From assembly GCA_030390025.1 (NCBI GenBank), contig CM059433.1:4340001-4404000 (forward strand): a DNA stretch of 64,000 nucleotides, read 5' to 3'. This document shows, in pieces, positions 23,961 to 37,191 of the stretch. The notes under the pieces are model-generated. The model was given only the letters and a program-made list of their open reading frames with translations. It made no database searches and was not told the DNA's origin. The stretch comes from Squalus acanthias (lineage: Eukaryota). Position numbers and translations under genes: made by a program. Each line of letters begins with the position of its first letter. Position 1 is the stretch's first letter.

Positions 23961-24637
23961 CGCAATCTCCTTGCGGAAACCCGTGTCGGCTGCTTCTGAC
24001 TATTTTTTTCCATTTAAATATTTTAGTAATTTAAACTTTTACAGACTGTGTAGAATGCAAGACAGCTGGATGCCACGAGACTGGAAGAGTTTCTGTAACT
24101 TTCAAAATAGCCACAACTCAGATTTTCCTGCAGTTATGGAGGTTTATTTTGCTCCTCATTTCCATGTTCTAGTCACCACCGAGTATTTATACAACACCTT
24201 TAACATAGTAAAACGTCCCAAAGGTGCTTCACAGCTACCAACATAAAATGTTAGTTCTAGTCCAGATCAACAGAATGATTGAAACTCTCTTGTATTGGAT
24301 GCATTAATGCATTTCTAATACCCTGTATAATGTAATGACCTACAAGTTATTTTGTACCCAGTGGTCCATTGTTTACAAGATGGTGTTGCAGCAGGACAGC
24401 AGCACAGCAAAGGTGCAACAGGACGCATGGACCAGGGCAGACCTTTCAATTAGAGAGTTGTTTAAATTTAACAGCGTAAACCAAGTAGCACTTTAAAATG
24501 AAATGTTAACACACAGTATTTGATTGACACTGATCCTTTGACAAGGTATTGCTGGAAAAATAAAAGCCACCTGATGGTAGACCTCTGGGACCACAATTAG
24601 CAGGTAGCAACCTACATCTCTAACCATATGATTTTAC

Positions 24638-25270
24638 ATAGAAACATAGAAGATAGGAGCAGGAGTAGGCCATTCGGCCCCTCGAGCCTGCTCCGCCATT
24701 CAATGCGATCATGGCTGATCATCCAAATTCAGTACCCTGTCCTTGCTTTCTCCCCATATCCCTTGATCCCTTTAGCCTTAAGAAATATATCTAACTCCTT
24801 CTTGAATATATTTAATGAATTGGCCTCAACTGCCTTAAGAGAATGCCACAGGTTCACCACTCTCTGGGTGAAGAAATTCCTCCTCATCTCAGTCCTAAAT
24901 GGCTTACCCCTTATCCTTAGACTGTGACCCCTGGTTCTGGACTCCATCGGGAACATCCTTCCTGCATCTAGTCTGTCTAGTTCTGTTAGAATTTTATAAG
25001 TTTCAATGAGATCCCCTCTCATTCTTCTAAACTCTAGCGAATACAAGCCCAATTGACCCAATCACTCCTCATACGTCATTCCTGCCATCCCAGGTATCAG
25101 TCTGGTGAATCTTTGCTGCACTCCCTCCATGGCAAGAACATCCTTCCTCAGATAAGGCGACCAAAACTGCACACAATACTCAAGGTGTGGGCTCACCAAG
25201 GCCCTGTACAACTGCAGCAAGACATCCTTGCTCCTGTACTCGAATCCTCTTGCTATGAAGGCCAACATAC
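24638..25270 (-). mobile_element. Young CR1 LINE 3' fragment
   Basis: MLAFIARGFEYRSKDVLLQLYRALV.PHLEYCVQFWSP. Near-identical to the 27497 and 55243 copies. Confidence 0.9.
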
Positions 25271-25312
25271 AGATCACGTGAAACTAGATCCAATAAAGTA
25301 ATTTGTACTTAC

Positions 25313-25454
25313 GAGCTGGTCAGAGGTGAGGCGAAGGGATTTCACATATGAAATGTAGGATAAAGCTGGCAGGTCGAGCTCTTGCTGGCCTGCGCTACAA
25401 TTTTGGTTGATCATTCTAACATCTTCATCACTTGATGATGATTCGTCTTTTAAC
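25313..25454 (-). CDS. LPIN1: Lipin-1 coding exon (LKDESSSSDED...SYVKSLRLTSDQL)
   Basis: 142 nt, cgttag/gtaagt, ESSSSDE and SLRLTSDQL motifs. Confidence 0.95.
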
Positions 25455-26622
25455 CTAACGGAAGTTCAAGCACAGCACAGTACTGACGAGCTGCGACAGT
25501 TCATTCTAATTCTTTCAGGATAATAACAGGTTGAAATATACACATCATCATACTGAGGAAACAAAGATGTTGTAGCCCCCCCATCAAACCCAGACACCAA
25601 CATCCACCACGGAGAGAGTTGCTTTTAACTTGTTGGTGACGATCAGCCACCGTAACTCCACATTTTAAGTCTGCTTCTTTTTAATTAAATTGACAGAGTT
25701 TGAAACATCACATTATTTCATTAGAAAGTAGAATTTCCCTGCTTTAAGAATAAATCCATTAGACCAATGCAGAGACTATGGTGCAATTCTGCTCCAGAAT
25801 GTAATGGCAATGAAGCGTGCACACCCCTACATTCGTATAAATGGGTTTGGTTTCACGTTAAATGTGTAACATCGCGAAATGGTCATTTTGAATGTGAGAA
25901 GTTCTGGATGCAGCTCAGTGGTGTGATGTACACACTGGTGTTTTGGATGGTCGGACAGAAATTTAAGCTTGCTGTTTCCCCACGCGGAATCGTCCAATCC
26001 CAGTCATGACACTGGGGTGATGCACAACGCAGAGGCCAGATGTTTCCTCAGAGAGAGAGAATGAAAGGGGGTGGTGGAGGGGGGCGGAGAAGCCAGCTCC
26101 TGGTGGCCAGCTCCGAGACAGGCAGTGGCCTGTGTGTTCCGTCTTATTTTCCCCTCATCCAATGTTAGTATATGGCACAGGACATCCAAGATTGGGAGAG
26201 CATGGCAATAATAATTATTAACAGCAATATTAAAATACGGAGTTGGACAGAACTGTTAGCCGAGAGCTGCAGATTGCCTACTCCAAACAAATATAACAAT
26301 TTAATCTTGTATGCAATTTGGAGGGTATTATGAATTAACGTGTTTGAAGGTTTAATAGGTTTCCTTCATTGCATTTTAAAATATTCACAGCAGAAATTTA
26401 CATAAAATCAATTCCTCCAGGTATTACATTATTAGTAGTATTTGGGTCATTTGTAAGCTGGAAAGAACAGTCAGTCCCAGAGGCTTCAATGAGACATTGA
26501 AATGCCTGTTCACATCCCCTTAAAAGAAACACTGTTGACAGTTCTTCAGCAGTGGCAGAAGGACACAAATTAAGGAATGCAGTGAAGAGCAAGAATCAAT
26601 CAGAATTTCAACAGCTTAATAC

Positions 26623-26690
26623 CTGCTTCCAGAACGTGCAGACTGCTCCCTTGTATCCTGCCCACTTCGAATCTGCTCGATTTCTGGTTC
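26623..26690 (-). CDS. LPIN1: Lipin-1 coding exon, low-conservation linker (EPEIEQIRSGQDTREQSARSGS)
   Basis: 68 nt, ttacag/gtatta. Phase 0/2 exactly bridges the 34264 and 25454 exons. A short exon is expected at this position in lipin-1. Confidence 0.75.
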
Positions 26691-27059
26691 CTGTAACATA
26701 GCAATGCAGATAGTTTAGACTTGCGTTTCATCTTTCAAAAATCACAGGGATGGCAAAGTCACATTTCCTGCTTTACATGTATTAAAGTGGTAATAATAGA
26801 CATGATGATACACGTCCGATACAGAGTTCAGTGAAAGTACCGGATCACTATTGTACCATTACCACATTCTTCCCAGAAGCTTATTTTAAAAAAAATAGAC
26901 CCACAAAAGGTATCCGATTGAAATAAAAAAGCTAAAAATTAATCCACTATTGTCACAATTATGGTGGTAGGTCAGAATTGTCAAAATAGTGGATTCATTT
27001 TTAGCTTATTTTTTTTCCAATAGGATACCTTTGTTGACTTTTTTTTTTAAATAAGCTTC

Positions 27060-27164
27060 TTGGCATTGACTAGGATGAACTGTCCATTATTAGTTACGGA
27101 TTAGGCAAAATAGATTTTCCCGATCAATAACTAATAATGGACAGTTCAACCTAGTCAATGCCAA
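27060..27164. repeat. 105-bp palindrome/hairpin (37-bp arms, 1 mismatch)
   Basis: ttggcattgactaggatgaactgtccattattagtta (27060-27096) vs taactaataatggacagttcaacctagtcaatgccaa (27128-27164). Confidence 0.9.
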
Positions 27165-27296
27165 CTGCAGTATTTTGTGTCAAACAATACAACACCCACA
27201 CAGATCACCAGACTGTGCAAAGATTCTCAACCAGCTCTGCATTCACATTGTTGATGATTGTGGCCGGCACAAGTATAGTTAAATGCAACTGAAAAT

Positions 27297-29091
27297 AACA
27301 ACAACTTGTATTTATATAGCGCCTTTAACGTAGTAAAAAGGTGCTTCACAGGAGGATTAAAAGACAAAAAATTTGACACCGAGCCACATTAAGGAGAAAT
27401 TAGGACAGGTGACCAAAAGCGTGGCCAAAGAGGTAGGTTTTAAGGAGCGTCTTAAAGGAGGAGAGAGAGGTAGAGAGGCGGAGAGGTTTAGGGAGGGAAA
27501 CATAGAAGATAGGAGCAGGAGTAGGCCATTCAGCCCCTCGAGCCTGTTCCGCCATTCGATGAGATCATGGCTGATCATCCAAATTCAATACCCTGTCCCT
27601 GCTTTCTCCCCATATCCCTTGATCCCTTTAGCCTTAAGAAATATATCTAACTCCTTCTTGAATATATTTAATGAATTGGCCTCTACTGCCTTCTGTGGCA
27701 GAGAATTCCACAGGTTCACCACTCTCTGGGTGAAGAAATTCCTCCTCATCTCTGTCCTAAATGGCTTACCCCTTATCCTTAGACTGTGGCCCCTGGTTCT
27801 GGACTCCCCCGCCATCGGGAACATCCTTCCTGCATCTAGTCTGTCTAGTCCTGTTAGAATTTTATAAGTTTCAATGAGATCCCCTCTCATTCTTCTAAAC
27901 TCTAGCGAATATAAGCCTAATCGACCCAATCTCTCTTCATACGTCATTCCTGCCATCCCAGGTATCAGTCTGGTGAATCTTCGCTGCACTCCCTCCATGG
28001 CAAGAACATCCATCCTCAGATAAGGCGACCAAAACTGCACACAATACTCAAGGTGTGGTCTCACCAAGGCCCTCTACAACTGTAGCAAGACATCCTTGCT
28101 CCTGTACTCGAATCCTCTCGCTATGAAGGCCAACATACCATTTGCCTTCTTAACCGCCTGCTGCACCTGCATGCTTACCTTCAGCGACTGGTGCACAAGG
28201 ACTCCCAGGTCTCGTTGCACTTCCCCTTTTCCCAATCTATTGCCATTCAGATAATAATCTGCCTTCCTGTTTTTGCCACCAAAGTGGATAACCTCGCATT
28301 TATCCACATTATACTGCATCTGCCATATCACCCAACCTGTCCAAATCATACTGGAGTTTCTCTGCATCCTCCTCACAGCACACACTCCCACCCAGCTTTG
28401 TGTCATCTGCAAACTTGGAGATATTACATCTAGTTCCCTCGTCTAGATCATTAATATATATTGTGAATAACGGGGGTCCTAGCACCGATCCCTGCGGTAC
28501 CCCACTAGTCACTGCCTGCCACTCGGAAAAAGACCCGTTTATTCCAACTCTTTGCTTCCTGTCTGCCAACCAGTTTTCTATCCAAGTCAGTACCTTACCC
28601 CCAATCCCATGTGCTTTAACGTTGCACGCTAATCTCTTATGCGGGACCTTATCGAAAGCCTTCTGAAAGTCCAAATACACCACATCCACTGGTTCTCCCT
28701 TATCTATCCTACCAGTTACATCCTCAAAAAATTCCAGTAGATTAGTCAAGCATGATTTACCTTTTGTAAATCTACGTTGACTTTGTCCGATCCTGTCACT
28801 GTTTTCCAGAGCTTAGGGCCCAGGCAACAGAAGGCATGGCCACCAATGGTTGAGCGATTATAATCAGGGATGCTCAAGAGGGCAGATTTCGAGTATCACA
28901 GATATCTCAGGGGGTTGTGGGGCTGAAGGAGATTACAGAGATAGGAAGGGGCGAGGCCATGGAGGGATTTGAAAACAAGGATGAGAATTCTGAAATCGAG
29001 GAGTTGCTTAACCGGGAGCCAATGTAGGTCAGCGAGCACAGCGGATGATGGGCGAACGGGACTCGGTGCGAGTTAGGACACGGGCAGCCGA
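27297..29091 (-). mobile_element. L2 LINE 3' fragment split by a nested CR1 (L2 parts 27297-27496 and 28809-29091)
   Basis: Reverse complement of the L2 3' end. ..tttagggaggga | ttccagagcttagggccc.. is contiguous in the 46647 copy. Confidence 0.85.
27497..28808 (-). mobile_element. Young CR1 LINE, 1.3 kb RT fragment nested in L2
   Basis: [49 protein letters not shown] (ORFs 27585-28749). Confidence 0.92.
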
Positions 29092-31826
29092 TTATAAAAC
29101 AGGGATTATTTCTGAGATCTGTGAATATCAGTAAGATTTAATGGGTTTGTGGTAAATAAAAGGAATTTCAAACTAATAAGTATTTGAAGGGACATTTACG
29201 ATAGAAAGATATTCGAAATATTTATTAAAATGTTCCCTTCGCCATTACACGTTAATATTCCCCATTTTTGCACATGTTGAGAGTCGGAAGATAAAGAAAA
29301 TGTTTTAACCGATAGTTGTAATACAGATCAAGACGGCTCCTGCTGTTTTGGGGCAATGCTTAATTGCATTGGAGCTCGCAACAGATGTTAACACAAGACT
29401 TTGCAGCTGTGTGCTTAATACCGCAAAGGCTGGAAACTAACGCAGATTCTAATCATAACATCTAATGCTTTTGTTTGTGCACACTCTGCACTAATCATTT
29501 TGCTAGCAAATAGTCAGCTGTAGTTTGCCTCCACACAATGACCATCAATTGCTCACTTTGTACCATTTTCCAATCCAATTCAATATGATTTGGGAGATAA
29601 TTCCAAGAAAGAAAGGTTTGACGTACAAAAATGCAGTTGCGTTCCCCCTTGTTCTAAAACAACTTAACACATCAAAGAAGCTTCTTTTTAAATAGTAAAT
29701 ATCAATATGAAGTCATATTTAATTCTCACCGCAGTGTGTGGAAAATAAACCATCGAGTGAAATTAGTCTCAGTTAAGGGCTCCTAATTTATAAGTGCATT
29801 TCCCATCACCATCTTGTTGGGTTTATCAAGATAAAAAAAAAATCAAATTTAGATACAGAATATTCCTCGTGACCATCAAACGAGAGAAAACTTTTTAAAC
29901 TGCTGCTCAAAAAAGTAGCTCGCTTGCCCCATCTGGTGCTCATTGCCTGCAACGCAGCTCAAGTTTCTTTTGTTCACTGTGTCGTCTCAGATTTTAAATT
30001 CAGTTCATTTTAATTTTAAAGTGATGTGCAATTCATATGGCCAATGTCAACCCAGTTCTCAGTTCTCAAACTGCTGTGTTTTTTCTATAGATAGCGACTT
30101 ATTGTATGAATTACACTTCTCTAAACGACTCTGTGAGGTGCACTGCTGGAGTCGGTTGGTAGTTGCTGGTGTTATTTATAGGTTAGCAATCCAGAAGATG
30201 TTGTGCAGGGGGAATCCAACACAGAGTGTGCAGGGAACTGGGCAAAGGTAAATGGAGCATTCTACATGAAATCATTAGAACTACGGATATCTGTTTTAAT
30301 TAAGTGTTTGTTTTGTCAAAATCCTATAGAAACTCTGTTGAATACCTTCCTTTAATAAAAACGAGTTTTGTTTTCTCAATTTAAAGAAAAAACCTTTTCC
30401 AGTTCTGTTCTCTTCCGTGTGTTTATTACAAATGATTGCTAAACCAAGCTGAAAATTCCAGGCTGAGAGAGAGCTCTCCTCCCTCTTTGAGGCTATGAGC
30501 TTTTTCACTTTGATATTTCCAGGAAACCAACCTGTGCAAATAAATTTCATGAAGATCTTACTATATCTGGAGCCACTCCAGCATTATTAATTAACCAGGG
30601 TTAAGAAATGCCAGTCACAAGATAAAAATAAAAGTACGAATTAAGAACAAAACCCGTCAGGCCCAGACATTTAAACCAAAACTCTATAGAGTGAAAGACA
30701 TAAGTCTAGATTTTGATTTCCACGGAAATGAAAACTGGTTGGTTTCTAGAAAGGGCGGCTGATCCGCAACGTCAGTCTTCGCCCTGAGCGACAAGTTGAA
30801 TAAAATATGCCAAAGATTTAATCCCAATCAAGGGCCGGTCGTTTCATATGGAAATGACATTAGTCTCATTGACAAGACTGAAGAACTAATTGGCAAACAC
30901 ATCAACAGAATAAATAAGGGCTAAAAAAATCAACTACAGCAAAAACGGGCAAATGGGAGTGAAAATCGGGCGGGGTGTATGACGGGCGGCTGATCCACTA
31001 GCTTGCACCCCCACCAATGCTGAATCTCAGTCCTTTGTTTCCCCGTGTAGCTCACCAGTAGGATATGCAGCCATTCGTCTCGTGCTACTCCTTCCACAAG
31101 GAACACACTCACACTCATTCTGTGGGGTGGTGCAAATGGTCAGACAAGCCTCCATTTCGAGGCTAATAAGAGTAATGCTGAACAAATGAGAAGCTGAAAA
31201 TAACGAATATTATCGGCTATTTGTGTCACTTTACTCTGACACCTTGATTTAGCTTGTTGACTAGCTGTCTGGTTCTGTAGATTATTTCTTACAGTCCATC
31301 ATTGTTCTTTCAACGAGTGTGTCAATTAGCGCTGTACTCATGTTCATCTTGAGGGGCAGAAAGTCATTTCCGTACTGAACTAATGTCCAACTTATTGATT
31401 TGCATTGAACATCATCAAGTTTTTCTGTCATATTAAAGAACTGTTCAACCCCCATAGTTTATGCATTGCCGTTTATTTCCCAAACATATTGATCCAAACA
31501 GTCTATTTGCAGAAAATGGACTTCTGCCAATATCGATCATAGGTACATTCAATAGGAAAAATGATTGCTTTAATTTGTTTTGATGCACAAGAGATTCAGT
31601 CTTCAGCCAGAGGGAAATGATGCAAGGCCATTAATTGACACGGAATATATTTTCATTGGAGAAAAGATTGAGCTAGAACACAATCCACGTCTCTAAAACT
31701 TTAAGAGGTCTGGATAATGTAGGCAGAAAAGAGAGAGTTTGTTTAGATTTTGAATACGGAATTACAGGACCCAAATGTGAAATCAGAATTCTGTTCTATT
31801 TAATGCCATCGAACTTTATACTATGT

Positions 31827-33870
31827 GGGGGTTAAAGTGGATAACCCCCAAAAACTGGCGCAGGGATCGCGGTGCACGATTAACCCACGCCCGGTCATTG
31901 CGACGCAGGCAGCATGTTCAATTCCTGCTGCTTTTAATGATTTCTGCGTGCTTCCATGCGCTACCCACGCTGTGCATTGGCTGCACGCAACAGCCCGATA
32001 TCGTGAGTGGCTAGTGCTATTTAACGGCAGCCTTAAAGGCAGGGAAGGAACATTGTGGCTGCAAAAAGTGCTGGGAGTCCTTTGAAAAGTGAATCTGTGC
32101 TGTGACTCTTTGAGCAATGGCTGGACACACGAGAGAGCGAGCACCAAGGTTTCCAGGCAATGCACTGGAGGTCTTGGTGCAAGATGTGGAGAGGAGAGAC
32201 ATCCTGTATCCGCAAGAGGCCCTCCTGACGATACTCAGCAGGCAGTGGGAAGTAGTAGCAGCGGCGGTCAATACCAGGGGTATAGCTCCAAGAACATGGA
32301 TGCCGTGCAGGAAGAAGTTTAATGATCTAACACGAGTTGTCAAGGTGAGTGAGTTCAATCTTCAAATGCCACATCCTGCCAATTGCACCACTGGTCTCAG
32401 CCACTGCTCAATTCGCCACACCCCCCATCACCCACCTACCAACAATCTCTATCTATCAAGACTCAACCCTTCAATTCATCCGCTTTTCCTCACCCTCACA
32501 CACTTAGCACTGTTACAAACCTCGCACCCACAACTCAACTCACACACACTGGCAGCTATTCAAGTATGACAGCCATATCATCCAAACATATTGCAGGGTA
32601 CGCACCGACACTTCCCTCTTTCTTGCAGAAGAAGATGGTGCATAACAGAAGGCAGCAGGAAAGAAGAGGAGAACAAGCGCATCGGCATGTTTTAACCCCC
32701 ATGCTGGCCATCATGGGTAGGGGCATCGCTGAGGCCGTGGCCACTGGTGTGGTTGGAGGGATCGATGAGGAGGGTATCTGCATACCTAGTCCTCCTTCTC
32801 TCTTCCCACTTCTCCCTCATCCCACAATCTCTTCTGACTCTCAAGCAGCAGAGGGTGGAAGCACGCACTTCTTACTTTCTCCCTCTGCACTCACCACAAC
32901 CTAACCCTTGACCCTTTTTCATTTCAGATACCCAAGAACTGGAGCCTTCCCAGTCAAAGGAGGAAGAGGAAGAAGACAGTAAGGGTGAGATGACACCATC
33001 ACTCGATCTTACAGTCGCAGCCACCAGACTGACACCGCGTGTATTTTAGAGGCTAGGAAAAAGGAGGGATCTGCACGTGGTGAGACACCGGGCACAAATG
33101 CGCAGGAGCCAGGGTGGTGGGGAAAGGACAGCGCAGGTGTCAACTCACCAGAAGGTGAGGTCGCACACTAGTTCTGCTACGGAGGAGTCAGATGAGGACT
33201 CCGATGGGCCAGGCTACAGAAGAAGGCTGACGGGTGTACACCACTAAATGCTTGGTGCACTGAAAAGCCTGCTCACAATATCAAGGAGCATGGAGGAGTC
33301 CAGCACCAACTTGGCACAGGGCTTTGGGCAGAGCTTGAAGCCTATCCTTTATAACATGGAACGGGGGCAGTCACCTCCATCAGCACACCCATGGAACTCA
33401 CCATGATGCAGCTGATGGCTGATATTGCAGCTTCTATTGCAGCACAAACAGCTTCCATCAAAGGTCTGAGTGCTGCAGTTGAAGCTCAGACTGCTGCCAC
33501 CGTGGCTCTGGATCCCACTGTTCAAAGGGGCTTCCAGGGTGTTACAGCAGTCCATCAATCTGGTCTCCAACCGATCAGTTGGACCGCTGAGGCACCACCC
33601 CAGGAGGGTGGCAGTGGCTCCATGGAAACCTGTTGTCCTCTCTCAGGATGACAGCATTCGTGCTCCCACCCCTGCCACTCCACTGGTGCCCTTGCTGTTG
33701 CCCGTCAGCCAGCCCGCCCAGGCCAAGATGGTGCAGACTGAAGCCGGGTCTTCTAGGCCCAGAGCTGCTCGAGGTCATCCTCCAAGGCCATCAGCAGTCT
33801 CCTCAATTGAAGGCCAGCAGCCTTCCTGCACTCATGCTGCAGCCACTAGGGAAGCACCTTACAGGAGCAC
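31827..33870 (+). mobile_element. PIF/Harbinger element remnant carrying the Myb/SANT-like DNA-binding protein gene (exons 32117-32344, 32629-32773, 32928-33049; degenerate beyond)
   Basis: MAGHTRERAPRFPGNALEVLVQDVERRDILYP..QWEVVAAAVN..RTWMPCRKKFNDLTR is a Myb/SANT-like (NAIF1/MSANTD-type) domain. Canonical in-phase GT-AG introns and G-rich left end. Confidence 0.8.
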
Positions 33871-33916
33871 ATGTGTCCAAAGCATTAATAATGGCATAAT
33901 GAGATCCCATCTTAGG

Positions 33917-34200
33917 CTCGCTGGCCTACATTGGCTCCCGGTTAAGCAATGCCTCGATTTCAAAATTTTCATCCCTAAGCTCTGGAATTCCCTGCCTAAA
34001 CCTCTCCGCCTCGCTACCTCTCTTTCCTCCTTTAAGATGCTCCTTAAAACCTACCTCTTTGACCAAGCTTTTGGTCACCTGCCCTAATTTATCCTTATGT
34101 GGCTCGGTGTCAAATTTTTTGTCTTATAATACTCCTGTGAAGCGCCTTGGGACGTTTTACTACGTTAAAGGCGCTATATAAATACAAGTTGTTGTTGTTG
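33917..34200 (+). mobile_element. L2 LINE 3' fragment with internal deletion
   Basis: LHWLPVKQ..KLWNSLPKPLRL..KTYLFDQAF; (gtt)n tail. Confidence 0.85.
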
Positions 34201-34263
34201 TACATTCCAAGCTGGCTATTACTCAACAGATTCAGATCAAGGGGCAGCACTGGGAAAACGTAC

Positions 34264-34356
34264 CACTTTCACATTGGTGTTTCTTCCTCGCCATGAAAAC
34301 CACCATCTGCCACCTTTCTTGGGCATCTTTTCCTTAATTAGGTTTTCCACGGTCAC
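34264..34356 (-). CDS. LPIN1: Lipin-1 coding exon ([31 protein letters not shown])
   Basis: 93 nt, aacag/gtacgt. [17 protein letters not shown] is diagnostic of lipin-1. Confidence 0.96.
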
Positions 34357-35109
34357 CTGTTATAAATGTACAAAAGTAACTAATGGAATAAAAAACTGAA
34401 CCCAAGTGTTACACAAAAAACCAACATAAAATGCTACTTTCCAAATGAAAGAAGCAATAATAAAAACATACTGCGGGCACAAAACGAATCTTAGCAAACC
34501 AAAATGCTGCAACATTGAATAGTGAATGAAGGTAACTGAGGCATGAGTACTTGAATGATTTTTAAAACAAATTCAAAATCAGCGCAAAAGAAAAAACAAA
34601 AGAGGGAAAGAGAAAATATTCATTTAGAAATATATAAACACAGCTTTTTATAATATTTTAGCCTTATGATAATTAAAATTTGGCAAGCCTAATCAGAAGT
34701 AAAAATGTGAATGTCCACATATAAAACAAAGATCATTTTAAATATTTAACTGTACATGACCACGTAAAGCTTCTAAATAATGGAGCACACTGGAGCTTGA
34801 ATATTGTCTCAGACAAGACAATATTTTTTTTTTAAGGAATTTATTTTCTCCCCAAGGACATTTCTTTTGATAATGTGCATGCAAATTCACCAGTATAACT
34901 CTTGCATATACTGTACATTTATTCTGTGCATCAAAGCACTAGATTTATGTAAGGGGGTTAATGTGCTGGTCTAGATTTTCCCACCGGAAGTCTAGTGTGG
35001 CAGCAGCAACATTAGAACTCCCGACAAACTGGCAGGTTGGCTCCACCTCACCAGCACCGACATCAAGCAGCTACCACTAGGGCTGGAGAGGAGATGGGGG
35101 GACTTTTTA

Positions 35110-35530
35110 AAAAAATATTTGTTCATGGAATGTGGGCGTCGCTGGCAATGCCAGCATTTATTGCCCATCCCTAATTGCCCTCGAGAAGGTGGTGGTGAGC
35201 TGCCTTCTTGAACCGCTGCAGTCCGTGTGGTGAAGGTGCTCCCACAGTGCTGTTAGGGAGGGAGTGCCAGGATTTTGACCCAGCGACGATGAAGGAACGG
35301 CCGATGTACTTCTAAGTCAGGATGGTGTGTGGCTCGGAGGAGAACTTGGAGGTGGTGGTGTTCCCACGTGCCTGCTGCCCTTGTCCTTCTAGGTGGAAGA
35401 GGTCGCGGGTTTGGGAGGTGCTGCCGAAGAAGCCTTGGCGAGTTGCTGCAGTGCATCTTGTAGATGGTACACACTGCAGCCACGGTACGCCGGTGGTGGA
35501 GGGAGTGAATGTTTAAGGTGGTGGATGGGG
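35110..35530 (-). mobile_element. HER1-type LINE 3' fragment
   Basis: Reverse complement of 5150-5573. Confidence 0.85.
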
Positions 35531-36419
35531 AGCTAATATGGCAGCACATTTCCAGTATTTTATTAGAATACATAAAAGATCTAGCTGAGCTACATCCTAA
35601 GCTCATCTCTACTCAGTTATTAATATTTAAATTGTAGGGGACTTGAAAGTGGTGTGCAAAAACAAACAAGACAATGAAGGCTTGTACCTGCAGCAAGAGC
35701 ACAAATGCTCCCAGTGGTGCTGCAGGCCAGGATTCCCTCCTTGCTGGTCATTGGCACAGCTAGAATTCACATCAGAGGCGAGAGTCTAAGCAATATTGGT
35801 ATCAAATTCTATGCCCATGGTGCTATTGCAAAGTACTGCCACAGTCAAGAGAACATTTAACCCATGTTTTTTCCCCACCCGAGTTTAAATTTATCACTGG
35901 CAGGCTAAAGTTATTATGCTATCTCTGATGGTTGGCATGGCAAGGGTTCTAAGTGATTTCAGATTAAGCGGTAAAAATCAGTTCTCTGTATATAGGAATC
36001 TGCTGCATTAAGCTAATAATAATTTGGTGGCAGTGAGCAATAATCGTGGGACTTCACTCAGAAGCTATTGGACGGATACTGTAGGAAATCCAGGTGCTAC
36101 GCTAGATATTCTCGAAGGATAAAAAGGAGGCAAATTGTTGGTTACGAACAATATAGACAAGCTATACATTACATTCTAACCAATCTTATCTGAGAGTTCT
36201 TGATGCAAAGAAAGAAACAAGTTCAGCTTTTACCTGCATTAGCACAAAAGTGACATACACCAAACTAAAGGCCCATCTGAGATTTGGGCTGGACCTCATG
36301 GAATTTGCTAATTTTTAAAATTTCTTAAGCCCCCTTATAAAGGGGCACAATGGGGCCTTACCTCTTCATCTTCTGGGCAGGTAGTGGTAGCAGACCTGCG
36401 AGAAGTAGGCCTGCACTGC

Positions 36420-37191
36420 AATTCCTCCTGAGGATGGGGATATTCATGGAGCCTCCTCCTCCCGTTAGTTGTTTAATGGTCCACCACCATTCACGACTGG
36501 ATGTGGCAGGACTGCAAAGCTTTGATCTGATCCGTTGATTGTGGGATCGCTTAGCTCTGTCTATAGCATGCTGCTTCCGCTGTTTAGCACGCATGTAGTC
36601 CTGTGTTGCAGCTTCCCCAGGTTGGCACCTCTTTTTTTTTTTAGGTACGCCTGGTGCTGCTCCCGGCATGCTCTACTCCACTCCTCATTGAACCAGGGTT
36701 GGTTCCCTGATGGTAGTGGTAGATATGCCGGGCCATGAGGTTACAGATTGTGGTGGAATACAATTCTGCTGCTGATGGCCCACAGCGCCTCATGGATGCC
36801 CAGTTTTGAGCTGCTAGATCTGTTCTGAATTTATCCCATTTAGCACGGTGGTAGTGCCACACAACACGATGGAGGGTGTCCTCAGTGTGAAGACGGGACT
36901 TCGTCTCTACAATGACTGTGTGGTGGTCGCTGCTAGCAATACTGTCATGGGCAGATGCATCTGCGACAGATAGATTGGTGAGGACGAGGTCAAGTAGGTT
37001 TTTCCCCTCGTGTTGGTTCTCTCACCACCTGTCGCAGGCCCAGACTGGCAGCTATATCCTTCAGGACTCGGCCAGCTCGGTCAGTAGTGGTGCTACCGAG
37101 CCACTCTTGGTGATGGACATTGAAGTCCCCTACCCAGAGTACATTCTGTGCCCTTACTACCCTCAGTGCTTCTTCCAAGTGGTGTTCAACA
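36420..37191 (-). mobile_element. HER1-type LINE internal fragment (APE endonuclease C-part and linker)
   Basis: VEHHLEEALRVVRAQNVLWVGDFNVHHQEWLGSTTTDRAG; WHYHRAKWDKFRTDL; SSREWWWTIKQL. Confidence 0.8.
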
